A stretch of 64,000 nucleotides of DNA from Podarcis bocagei (Eukaryota): assembly GCA_964188305.1 (NCBI GenBank), contig OZ076903.1; one strand, 5' to 3'. Positions 1-10,871 of the stretch are shown here, piece by piece. The position numbers and the translations under genes were made by a program. Positions within the stretch are counted from its first letter, which is position 1. Each line of letters begins with the position of its first letter. The notes beneath the pieces were generated by a model, which was given only the letters and a program-made list of their open reading frames with translations, searched no databases and was not told the origin of the DNA.

Positions 1-671
1 CCTCTGTTCTTCCCCTGAGCAATGGGATCAAGGATTTGATTTGAAAAGCATCATAGTATGACATTAACTTAGGCAATTCCCATTCCTTCTTTTGTTCTAT
101 GTCCATAGAGAGTTTTCTTGCTTATCCTAGATTTTTGCATCCCAACACAAATGCATTGAGTTTGTTTTGCCATCTCTTTTGCTAAAGAGGAGGGATAGGG
201 ACAGGCAGAACTTGGAAAAATGTAAGAACTTAGGTAACATTTACATTTTTACCATGGCTGTTCACCAAAGCCAGCTAAGGCCCTGCTGGGTGTCCCTTAA
301 GAGGTCAAAACCTGAGCATCAAATCCATTGATTGCTTAAAGAGGGGCAAGAACATAGAAAACAATGAATCAATTCTTTAATTTAATAGACACAATTAAAC
401 ACCCTGTTTTATTTCTCTGACCAATTAGAAACACATCCCTCGCAAACACAATAAATTTATGAAATCATTTGATAGAAATCTCTGTTTACAGATGGATGAA
501 AAATAATCATACTGGTGAACAAACATTAAACAAACATCAAAATAAACAAATCCTAAAAGAATCATGTATCCCTGTTCGTCAAACCAGATGCAAAGATAAT
601 ATTTAGCACCAGTGTCGAATTTGCAAATATGACAGCAGATTATATGATATAGATTTAGTAGTGGAATCTTC

Positions 672-789
672 CAGATGTGATTTGCATCTCAACAGAATCA
701 ACAAATGAAAATAGCTCGCTCCCCTCCCTGCAAGTTTCTCTATTCTGGAAAGAAGGCAGAAGTATTCTGCTCCCCACTGGTCATATAAA
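672..789 (+). promoter_or_regulatory. Putative TAS2R proximal promoter: E-box CAGATG (672-677), octamer ATTTGCAT (680-687), TATAAA (784-789)
   Basis: Motifs seen directly; octamer at equivalent position upstream of all 10 copies that retain a 5' flank; function inferred. Confidence 0.55.
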
Positions 790-853
790 GAGCAGCATCA
801 GCATCAGCCTGTGCTAATATTACACATTACACTGGAAGGAACGCTTCTATTTC

Positions 854-1777
854 ATGCTCAGAAAGATGCCTACCTTATTTGAATTGTTTGGCTTCGTTCT
901 TCTGGTGATTGAAACCCTCATAGGAATGGTGGGGAATGGATTCATTGCTATCGTTAACTGCATTGACTGGTTTAGAAGCCGAAAACTCTCCCCGGCTGAC
1001 ATGATCCTAAGTTGTCTTAGCTTGTTCAGATTTGCATTTCTTGCCACTGTGATACAGACTGCAATAATAAACCTCTTTTTTGTCGACCCTTTTCTGATGC
1101 TGAAGATAAAAATTGCATATGATTCCTCGTGGGTATTTCTTAATACGGCTAACCTTTGGTTTGCCTCTTGGCTCAGTGTTTTGTACTGTGTGAAAATCGT
1201 TAACTTCTCCCACCCTCTCTTCCTGCAAATGAAGCGGAGATTCCCTGGGCTGGTGCCTTGGCTGCTTCTAGGGACTGTGGTCTTCTCTGCAATCACCACC
1301 ACTGTGGCAATAATAGGCAGTAACATTGTGTCTAAATGTAATCTACTTGACTCACATCTAAACAATAACAATGACTCAGCAATTAACACGATCAGTTCCT
1401 GTAAGTTTCTTAACCTTCTATATGTTGTTCCAGATTTCTTTCCCTTCACAATATTTTTGTTCTCATCCATTTTATTACTAATGTCTCTGTGGAGGCACAA
1501 AAATCTTCTACAAAACAGTGCGAGGGATGTCAGCATAGAAGCTCACCTGAATGCCATCAAAGCCCTGGCTTCTTTCTCCATTCTCTACATATCTAACATT
1601 TTTGTGGAAATTTTGTCAATAGTTTTGTTTCGGGTGGGCATTTACGACATTGGAGTGCATTTCATTTTTTTAAATGTGATGGCTGCATATTCCTCTGGTC
1701 ATGCTCTTATCCTGATCTTCATCAGTCCGAAATTGAAACAGGCATCAGTAAGGATGTTACATCAACTAAGATGCTGA
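854..1777 (+). CDS. TAS2R: Bitter taste receptor type 2 (TAS2R family), copy 1, intact, 307 aa, single exon
   Basis: 7 hydrophobic segments, very short N-terminus, TAS2R motifs GNGFI, [67 protein letters not shown]; ECL2 N-glycosylation NDS. True start may be the second ATG (866). Confidence 0.95.
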   Translation: [307 protein letters not shown]

Positions 1778-1786
1778 ACGAAGCAT

Positions 1787-1824
1787 TGAATGAATGAATG
1801 AATGAATGAATGAATGAATGAATG
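1787..1824 (+). repeat. (TGAA)n microsatellite just after TAS2R stop (also after most other copies; (GGAA)n variant after copies at 26178, 29669, 52533)
   Basis: Direct tandem repeat. Confidence 0.9.
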
Positions 1825-2329
1825 CACTATCGTGTCAAGACTGGACAGCAAGTGTTCTACCAATGTAGGTTCCTTCTTAGTTCTGAGCTTTACTTTCATA
1901 TATACATATTAACTTCCTCCCCGTTATTTACACAGCATTGTGAGGTGGCTGGTATATGGTTAATCAGAGCTCTGAAGATGCTGATTTTTTATTAATGGCT
2001 GCAGCTCTTTCCTTGAATGCGCAATTCACCTGTATGTTATGTGCCTCAGAGAGAGCAAGGAGCATTGAAATGGGAATGAACAGAGACGAAATAAGCTGAA
2101 AGTAGAGAATCCAGCATTTCTGGGGAGAATCTTCTGCCTGAAGTAGGAGATAATCTTCTGGGACACTTTCCAATCCTGTAATTTTAAATGTGGGATCTGC
2201 TAAAACCAGTCTAACTAGGTAGAATGTTGAAGATTACTTTCGTAGACATATCGTTTGTTACAATGTTTGCAGGTAGATAACAGAGTATGACTAAGGAATA
2301 TACAGATATTGTACCTGAAAACCTGGGAC

Positions 2330-2750
2330 GGGGGGAACGCACATCACTTGCAGCTCGTCTAAGTACCTGGCTCTCGCTCCGGTATGGATTGTAGGAGGCA
2401 GGGAGGCACTCAGTGCAAAAGCACTTTGCCTGCCGATAATCCTCCCATGCTGCCATTAAGAAACAGAGGTTCTCTTGTTAATTAGAGCTTAATTTGGACT
2501 AATGTACATGCACATGTGAGAAGAGATGAGATCATAAACTGCGGAACTGGACCAGCTGCAAGGTCTTTAAGGTCTGAACTTGAGAGAAGATGACGTCATT
2601 CAGTACAAAAGGCGGTGGGGGGAGGGGAGCCTATGGCTTCTTTATATGAAGTTTTCTTCTATACGTTTATGATTTGACAACCCTCCCTTGAATGCTAGTT
2701 CAGATTGTATATGTGCAAGTGAGGAGGGATGAAACTGGATTGTAGATATG
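2330..2750 (-). repeat. Diverged ~420-bp repeat arm, inverted relative to the arm at 8025-8460
   Basis: Reverse complement aligns by eye with 8025-8460 (e.g. ccttgcagctg, agaacctctg-ttcttaatgg, caggcaaagtgcttttgcact); further copies at ~30255-30680, 42285-42700, 53110-53500. Confidence 0.75.
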
Positions 2751-3689
2751 GAATATAACATTAAATGGAACTGTGTGTGTGTAAAAAAACAACAAGGAAA
2801 AAGGGAGGGAAGCTCACTGTTGCAAGAGGTTTACGATGGAAGCTTAAAGCTGACTCTTCCCCAACCTTTATTATTTACGGACTGAAATTAATAAGATTTT
2901 GGAACGCAGAAATAAAGAAAACCATCAAACCATCAATTCTAGCAAGTGGGGGGGGCCACCTAAATGATGTAATTTTGTATTTGAATGATTTGTATTAGTA
3001 ATTCTGTTATAATTTGGAATTGTTATAATGAGGCTTTTATTGGACTATAATAGAAAAATAATTAAAACTATTATCAAAAAGAAAGAAAAGTCTGGTGTCT
3101 GCTCCGTTTCCTGTGAAAGCCTGCTAGTGATGGATAGTCTTAATTCCCATTAAAGTGGTACCTCGGGTTACAAATGCCTCAGGTTCCAAACGCTTCAGGT
3201 TACAAACTCCACTAACCTGGAAGAGTTACCTTGAGTTGAGAAATCCACTTTCGAGCTAGGGAGGAGGTGGGGTTGCGGGCTTCACGCCCCTCCCCACACT
3301 CGCGGGGGCTGGCTCCACCCCCACGCGATAGCAGGGAATCCTCGGCCACGTCATACCCCGTGCCAACCAATTGGCGGGCGTGGGGGCGTGGCCTCGCCTA
3401 CTTAGGTCTGGCGCAGCCGAGGACCGCCCTCTTTCCTGCACCGCAGCTGACCCGGTTTGTATTTGGTTTGTATCTCAGATTCTGCGGCTTTGTTCCCTGG
3501 TCTCTGCTCGGCCTTCTTTCGTTACCTTTAGGCAATACCCTTCTCTGTGCTTGTTGGAAGAGCAAAGCGGGTGGAAACACTGCGGTTGCTTCGGCTCTCC
3601 AGCAGCCATCAGGTAGGAGGACCAGGGGTTTCGCCGCGGTGTCAGTCTCTCAATCAGCAGTCCCTCAGAAGGGGGTGGTTTCAGCAACT

Positions 3690-4133
3690 TATCCCAAACG
3701 CGCAATGCATCTCATAGCGCACATGGCACATGTGAGAAGGGCCTTTGCGCTGGCAGGGGAGAGTGCTGCCTTATCTTATGACAAAGATTTCCGTAGAAAT
3801 GCATCACTTTTGCCATTCACTCGCTGGGACCTGAGGAACCAGAATTATTGGATGGAACACGTAGGTCCCTATGTTGAAAAGAAATCTCAGGACTCTGCAA
3901 AAGCAGGGAAGGCGGAGCCAAAACAGTGTCGGCAATGCTGGGATTTCAACAGGGCGGTCTGTTCCCATCCAGCGTGTAAGTATGCCCACGAATTTGAAAG
4001 GTGCCTCAGTAATCACCCGGCCTCTGCTTGCTTGAAAGGAAAGCAGCCCTTTCGGGGCGGCAGGGGGTACTCACACCAAGGATCTAGGGGTCCCCCCAGA
4101 CATCCACAAGGGACTTTCGGGAACTGCCAGTAA
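3690..4133 (+). pseudogene. Ngaro gag C-terminal remnant with zinc finger
   Basis: ALSYDKDFRRNAS..RWD..YW and Cys/His cluster; N-terminal part appears deleted. Confidence 0.7.
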
Positions 4134-4149
4134 TGTGGCCCTCGGGCTA

Positions 4150-5700
4150 GCGGTTTCACCTATCAAATTACACCCGTTAAAAGCCCTACTTGATATATAC
4201 CCCAATGAAACAGCAGCCAAATATCTCTGGGATGGGTTTTCCTCAAGCTTTAGAATCCCGGTCTCTTTCCCACCCAGCCCGTGCAATCCTCCCAATCAGA
4301 AATAAGTTAGAGAAATGCCAGAGATAGCTGTAAAGAAAATTCAAAAGGAAATTGCAGCTGGGAGGGTGGCCGTCCCTTCAGCCAGCCCCCTATCAAAGGG
4401 TTACACATATCTCCCCTGGGCATTGTCCCTAAAAAAGCACCTGAGGAGTTCCGCATGATCCATAATATTTCCTACCCAAGGGGTGGTTCCGTCAACGATG
4501 CCATACCACTGGAGCTTTGCTCAGTGAAATATGCTTCATTTGACCAAGCTGTTAAACTGATTCGTAAATTCGGAAAGGGGGCGCTGCTCGCCAAATGCGA
4601 TATAGAATCAGCCTTCCGCCTCCTCCCAGTGCACCCTGAGGATTTTCGATGGTTAGGCTTTAGATTTGAAGGATCGTACTTCATTGACAAAGCTATGCCC
4701 ATGGGCTGTTCGGTGGCTTGTGCAGCCTTCGAATCTTTCAGTACATTCCTGGATTGGGCGCTTCAATTTAAAACAGGTTCCATCGGGGTCACGCATTACC
4801 TCAATGACTTTATTCTCGTTGCAGCTATAGAACCCCAGTGCACCAATTTGCTGAGGTCATTTTTCTCCTTACCTGAGGAACTCGGAGTCCCGTTGGCGGC
4901 AGACAAATCCGATGCAGCAGGTTCACTAGAGTTCGGGGTTTATTTCAAGGGTCAGTGGTGCGCTCAGCACTGGCCCCCCGATTGGCAGGGAAAACCCATC
5001 ACACGTGACCTCACCTTTTTAGAATTCTTTCCTATCGTAGTGGCAGTTCATTTATGGGGGGAGGTATTTAGTAACCACAAGGGACGCGGGTGGCGCTGTG
5101 GGTAAAACCTCAGCACCTAGGACTTGCCGATTGCATGGTCGGCGGTTCGAATCCCCGCGGCAGGGTGAGCTCCTGTCATTCGGTCCCAGCTCCTGCCCAC
5201 CTAGCAGTTCGAAAGCACCCTTAAGTGCAAGTAGATAAATAGGTACCGCTTTATAGCTGGAAGGTAAACGGTGTTTCCGTGTGCCGGAAACGCCAGAGCA
5301 GCTTCGTCACGCTGGCCACGTGACCCGGAAGTGTCTGCGGCTCCCGGGTCACGGGCTCCCGGGTCACTGGCTCCTGGCCTCTAGAGTGAGATGAGCACAC
5401 AACCCTAGAGTCTGTCAAGACTGGCCCGTACGGGCAGGGGTACCTTTACCTTTACCTATTTCGTAACCACAGGGTGTGCTTTTAAACCGACAATCAGGCA
5501 GTAGTATCAGTCCTATCAACACAATCTTCATGCTCCCCAAGGGTCGGTAGCCTCCTACGTTCCTTTGTCCTTCTATGTCTGGAGCGGAACATCTATTTTT
5601 CTGCCAAGTTTGTGCCAGGCGTTAATAATGACATCGCGGATGCTCTGTCTCATTTCCAAATGGATTGCTTCCGCTCGTTAGTGCCAGAGGCACAACAATT
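4150..5700 (+). pseudogene. Ngaro RT/RNase H remnant (stop, frameshifts, internal deletion at ~4908, SINE insertion)
   Basis: ORF 4455-5105 joins RT (LGVPLAADK) directly to RNase H (SDAAGS); YLDD degraded to YLND. Confidence 0.85.
5081..5456 (+). mobile_element. Sauria SINE inserted in Ngaro RNase H
   Basis: tRNA-like head with box B (ggttcgaatcc), (ACCTTT)n tail, 15-bp TSD tattt(a/c)gtaaccaca at 5065-5079 and 5457-5471. Confidence 0.9.
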
Positions 5701-5732
5701 GCTGCAGCCTTTCCCGGAGCATCTCTGGAGCC

Positions 5733-6635
5733 TTGGGAACGCGAAGTGATGAAGGAAGTATTGGCTGTGTTAGCACCTTCCACACTAAGATCATACAAAA
5801 AGGCGTGGACTTTTTGAAGTTCCATAACAGGGCAGGCAACGCTAACATCGCATCCCCTCCCTCAAAGGCTGAGGTCTTAAAATACTTGGTGCACTTAAAA
5901 AGCTTAGGCAGAGCTGCAAAGACCCTAAATATTCAGTCGGCTGCAATATCCTTCTTTTGTGAGGCGGTTCACTCCGCCGACCCTTGTGCGGACTTTGTTG
6001 TCCTCAAAGCGCTGGAAGGGTGGTGTAGGCTACAGCCCCCTAGTAATGACAAAAGGAAGCCCATAACATTCAACATCCTAAGCCAAATTCACAGAAAATT
6101 GAGAACCATCTGTTGGTCAAAATTTGAAGCCCAACTATTCTCAGCAGCCTATTCCATCACAGTTTTTGGAGCGCTCCGGATAGGGGAGGTGGTATGTGAA
6201 GGAGGCCAGGACAATGCTCAATGAGGTATTTTGTTGAATGATCTGACCCTTTCGCGCTCAGATTTGATTTTGCAGGTGCGCAGTTCAAAGACCGACCAGC
6301 AGGGGAAAGGGGCCCTCATTAGATTATTGCCAACAAGGAAGGCTGGGCCCTGCCCGGTAAAGGACACCAGGCGTTTCCTTTACCTGAGGCCGAGTTTCCC
6401 TGGCCTCCTATTAATTCACCGCGATGGGTCTCTCCTCACTAGGCACCAATTCACACGTGTGATGCGTATGGCAATCGCGGCTTGTGGCCTCAACGCAGCA
6501 GAGTTCGCATCCCATTCCTTCAGGATTGGGGCGGCTACCACGGCCGTACACCTGGGCCTCTCAGCGGAAAGAATTAAGGACATGGGGCACTGGAAATCTG
6601 ATGCTTACAAAACCTATGTTAGAAATAATCAATGA
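5733..6635 (+). pseudogene. Ngaro tyrosine recombinase, interrupted by TGA at 6222-6224
   Basis: R..K..HxxR..W..Y catalytic residues in ORFs 5733-6224 and 6231-6635 (same frame). Confidence 0.9.
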
Positions 6636-7257
6636 CTACTTTCTCTATACCTGATCATATCTTGTCATTTCATTCCCCTTTAGGAAACACGAGAATTCGG
6701 ATATGGATCGTGGGCCACAGTATCGTTCATTGGGCTGCTAAGCGGGCTGTCGTTACTGGCATGGGGCCAGGCTGGGTTTACCCCCAAACATAGATGTGAC
6801 TTGGATGGCTAGGAGGGGGGTGCGATGGGCCGAATTCATGCCAATGGTCAGGAACAGAGCCGCGATTGAAGGCCCACCAGACGCCTTAATTACACAGCTT
6901 GGGGAGAATGACTTAGCCTATAGAAAAGCTGTAGATTTACAGTGGAATATATTCAGAGACTTTGAAGGGCTACTTACCTCTTACCCCAGTGTTAGCATTC
7001 TGCAGTCATCTTTGTTGGAAAGGCGCACTTGGAGAGATTGTCGCTCCCCCATTGCAGTGAACAGAGCCCGAAAGTCCCTACAATGTACTGTGGCACATAG
7101 AGTGGCAGCTCTGGAGGGCAGGGTCATTAACCACCCCAATATCCAGTATGCCAAAGTGGCCCTCTACAGAGATGATGGCGTGCATCTTTCTGATGCTGGA
7201 AATGATGTGTGGCTGAATGATATCACTTTAGGGATTAGGGATTGGTTACAGGCTTGA
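6632..7257 (+). pseudogene. Ngaro SGNH/GDSL hydrolase ORF, frameshifted near 6770
   Basis: IVGHS, LGEND, DGVH motifs; ATGA overlap with YR stop; intact counterpart at 33689-34315. Confidence 0.85.
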
Positions 7258-8024
7258 GGGTATTGGCGGGGAGCCTGGGCTCGAGTGGCGGTAGGCATTG
7301 GTGGGGGTACAGTCTATTGTTATGCAGATGAAGGGGGAGAGGGAGCGTCATCACCTTCTCCCAAATAAAGGGTAGTCCGGCAAAGGATTCCAGGGGGTGT
7401 GGCCTCATCCTAAGCCTATGGAGGTGTGGGCCCATGGCACGCCCCCACGGGGTGACCCCGGGGGAGGCCCTAGTTGACGTGCCTCGGCAGGACTCCTCCC
7501 ACTGGTGGTTAACCCTCACCGGCCAGGCCGGTTAGTAGTAGGACAAATGCCTAAGCCAATACCACTCAATTACTGTAATCAATAAAGTTGTGGCCTAATT
7601 TGACCCATTAACTCGAACTCTTGTGTCCTGTGTCTTTATTTCTATGGGGGGAGGCGGGAACTCATCACGCAACTTTGCCCCAGGATGAGAATGGAAATCG
7701 TGTGCCGGCAGCACAGCTGAAGCTAGAGTCCCCAGTAGCAAAAGCACGCCTCTAGTTGAGAACAGTTTCAGGTTAAGAACGGACCTCCGGAACAAATTAA
7801 GTACTTAACCCGAGGTACCATGCTAAGGAAATAAGAATCATCTCCTCAGTGCGGCACTTCCATTCCTTTGTTTTGAACGTGTTCTGCCCTCTCTTTTGCT
7901 CAGCTGAATAAACGAGTGTTTGTTGGATCTCTTCTGTCTCTGGCGATTATTGATTTTCTGTGCCAAAGACAGCTGAGATTCGAATAGCGCAGCAAACAAC
8001 AGTTTCTTTTTTAAAATTTGTAAA

Positions 8025-8460
8025 CCATATCTATCATCTAGTTCGCTCCCTCTCTGCTTGTTGCTTTAAAATATTAATTTGGCTTCTAGGGGGTTTGCTG
8101 AGTCAGTTATGAAAATAAATATATATACATATATATAGAATCCATTTTTAGGCTCCCCCCTCCATATACCGTCTTTTACATTGAATGAAGTCTTCTTTCT
8201 AATTCACATCTTAACAACCTTGCAGCTGTTTCAATTCAGTAGTTTGTAACCTTGCCCAGACTGGTCTAGCATGCGTCTATACATTAATCCTAATTAAACT
8301 TTTAATGAGCAGAAGAACCTCTGCTTCTTAATGGTGGCGGAGGAGGGTTACCAACAGGCAAAGTGCTTTTGCACTCAGCACCTCCCTGCCTTACGCATTC
8401 CATATTGGAGCGAAAGCCAGGTACCGAGACAACCTGCAAGTGAAGTCCGCTCCCCCCTGG
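8025..8460 (+). repeat. Forward arm of array-wide ~430-bp repeat upstream of TAS2R units
   Basis: Copies (some partial) at ~24060, 27315, 35530, 43845, 47210, 50470, 62905. Confidence 0.75.
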
Positions 8461-9480
8461 CTCGGTGGGGGACAGGAATTGCAAGTATAATTACCCTCAA
8501 TCATCCTTGTTTTCTCCTTCGCCAACGATCTCCCATTGTCATGGGAGCTGTCTCCATTAAGGCAGCCAGAACTGGAAGCCGTGTCTGCAGTGAAGTTAAT
8601 ACCTAACTACTTAAATGAAGAGTGCCATAGTGCTTCTTGTAGTGCTTCTAAATTGATAGGAAGGAGCACAGATTTAGAGTAGTTGATTCGCAATCCTGCT
8701 ACCCTGTGATACATTTCTAACTGCCGCCTAGGTGACTAAAGGCTGTTATTGGATTTTGCAAAGATAAAGGGGTGTCATCTGCCAACATACTCACTTTGTG
8801 TACCTCATCCTGCACAATGACACCCTCTGTAAAAGGCGTCTTTGCGTAGTTGGATGCCTAGTACCTCCATGAACAATGCAAACAGCAATGGCAACAGAGG
8901 GCAGCTCTGCTGGGTGTCCCTTAAGAGGTCAAAACCTGAGCGTCAAATCCATTGATTGCTTAAAGAGGGGCAAGTACTACATAAACAATGAATCAATTCT
9001 AAAAAAAAAAAAATCTTCTATTGGCATGCACTATTGAACACCCTGTTTTATTTCTCTGACCAATTAGAACCACGTTCCTCACAAACACAATAAATTTATG
9101 AAATCATTTGATAGACATCTCTGTTTTCAGATGGATTAAAAATAATCATACTGGTGAACAAACATTAATCAAAATAAACAAATCCTAAAAGAATCATGTA
9201 TCCCTGTTTGTCAAGCCAGAAGCAAAGATGATATTTAGCTCCACTGTCAAATTTGCAAATATGACAGCAGAATATATGATATAGATTTAGTAATTGAATC
9301 TTTCCAGATGTGATTTGCATTTGCACAGAATCAACAAATGAAAATAGCTCGCTCCCCTCCCTGCAAGTTTCTCTATTCTTGAGAGAAGGCAGAAGTATTC
9401 TGCTCCCCACTGGTCATATAAAGAGCAGCATCAGCCTCTGCTAATATTACACATTGCACTGGAAGAAACGCTTCTATTTC

Positions 9481-10416
9481 ATGCTTAGAAAGATGCCTAC
9501 CTTATTTGAATTGTTTGGCTTCTTTCTTCTGGTGATTGAAACCCTCACAGGAATGGTGGGAAATGGATTTATTGCTATCATTAACTTCATTGACTGGTTT
9601 AGAAGCCGAAAACTATCCCCAGCTGACATGATCCTCAGTTGTCTTAGCTTGTTCAGATTTGCATTTCATGTTGTTTTGATACAGGCTGAAATATCCAACC
9701 TCTTTTTCGTGGACCCTGTAAATATGCTGAATCTAAACATTTCATCTGATTTCTCATGGCTATTTCTTAATACGGCTAGCCTTTGGTTTGCCGCTTGGCT
9801 CAGTGTCTTGTACTGCGTAAAAATTGCTAACTTCTCCCACCCTCTCTTCCTGCAAATGAAGCGGAGATTCCCTGGGCTGGTGCCTTGGCTTCTTCTGGGG
9901 ACAGTGGTCTTCTCTGCAATCACCACCACGGTAGCAATAACAGGCAATAACATTTTTTCTAAATGTAATCTATATGAATCACATCTAAACAAGAACAATG
10001 ACTCAGCAATTAACACATCCAATTCCTGTGAGTTTCTTATCCTACTATATATTTTTCTAAATCTCTTTCCCTTCACGATGTTTTTGATCTCATCCATTTT
10101 ATTACTAACTTCTCTGTGGAGGCACAAAAATCTGTTACAAAACAAAGCGAGGGATGTCAGCACAGAAGTTCACCTGAATGCCATCAAAGCCCTGACTTCT
10201 TTCTTCGTTCTCTACGTAACTAACGTTTTTGTGGAAATCTTGTCAATAGTTTTGTTTTGGAAGGGCATTAATGTCAAGGGGGTGAATTTAATTGTTTATA
10301 ATGTGATTGCTGCTTATTCCACTGGTCATGCCGTTAGCCTGATCTTCATGAGTCCCAAACTGAAACAGGAATCAATCAAGATGCTACATCAGCTAAAATG
10401 CTGTATGAAGCATTGA
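9481..10416 (+). CDS. TAS2R: TAS2R copy 2, intact, 311 aa (stop shifted 4 codons: KCCMKH)
   Basis: Same motifs as copy 1; ATG at 9481 (track start 9454 is a TTG); octamer 9313-9320, TATA 9417-9422. Confidence 0.95.
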   Translation: [311 protein letters not shown]

Positions 10417-10490
10417 ATGAATGAATGAATGAATGAATGCACTATCATGTCAAGACTGAACAGCAAATGTTCTACCAGTATAGTTTCCTT

Positions 10491-10871
10491 ATTGATGCTT
10501 TTGAATTATGGTGCTGGAGGAGACTCTTGAGAGTCCCATGGACTGCAAGAAGATCAAACCTCTCCATTCTGAAGGAAATCAGCCCGGAGTGCTCACTGGA
10601 AGGACAGATCGTGAAGCTGAGGCTCCAAGACTTTGGCCACCTCATGAGAAGAGAAGACTCCCTGGAAAAGACCCTGATGTTGGGAAAGATGGAGGGCACA
10701 AGGAGAAGGGGACGACAGAGAATGAGATGGTTGGATGGTGTTCTTGAAGCTACTAGCATGAGTTTGATCAAACTGCGGGAGGCAGTGGAGGACAGAAGTG
10801 CCTGGCGTGCTCTGGTCCATGGGGTCACGAAGAGTCAGACACGACTAAACGACTAAACAACAACAACAACA
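10491..10871 (+). mobile_element. Bov-B (RTE-clade) LINE, 5'-truncated 3' end
   Basis: IDAFELWCWRRLLRVPWTARRSN...LEKTLMLGK..G.RRRGRQRMRWLD, (CAA)n tail, 11-bp TSD atagtttcctt (10480-10490, 10872-10882). Confidence 0.93.

Larger units (their letters stand above)
3243..7672 (+). mobile_element. Tyrosine-recombinase retrotransposon (DIRS order, Ngaro-type: gag - RT/RNase H - YR - SGNH hydrolase), copy 1, decayed
   Basis: Gag Cys/His finger (CWDFN..C..C..H..C..H..C), RT (KCDIESAFR, MPMG, YLND), RNase H (SDAAG, FLEFFP, TDNQ), YR (LRIGE, SKTD, HSFR, GHW, Y), SGNH ORF; no TSD; boundaries from empty site at ~43605. Confidence 0.9.
3152..7825 (+). mobile_element. Non-autonomous Tc1/mariner-pogo(Tigger)-like MITE (CAGTGGTACCTCGG termini) split by the YR retrotransposon
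   Basis: Uninterrupted homologous MITE sequence at ~43535-43700 reads gttgagaa|ctttgcccc across the insertion point. Confidence 0.7.

Noticed and set aside
847-1536. Recurrent antisense ORFs (about 150-230 aa) over most TAS2Rs
   Set aside because: Shadow of a paralogous hydrophobic CDS; non-ATG starts, variable ends, no recognisable domain; recurrence is explained by duplication
1964-2173. Repeated minus-strand ORF (MESVPEDY..SEAHNIQVNC) in 3' flanks that looks like a small secreted peptide
   Set aside because: Frame and length change between copies through A-run indels; no consistent ATG
5081-5160. tRNA gene
   Set aside because: Box A/B-like head belongs to the tRNA-derived Sauria SINE
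8331-8606. Repeated small ORF MVAEEGYQQAKCFCT
   Set aside because: Lies in the repeat arm; frameshifted or truncated differently in other copies; treated as non-coding repeat
9454-9480. N-terminal extensions MHWKKRFYF (also 40772) and MWWQQQ (61147)
   Set aside because: TTG/GTG starts from a prokaryote-style ORF caller; not credible in a vertebrate gene
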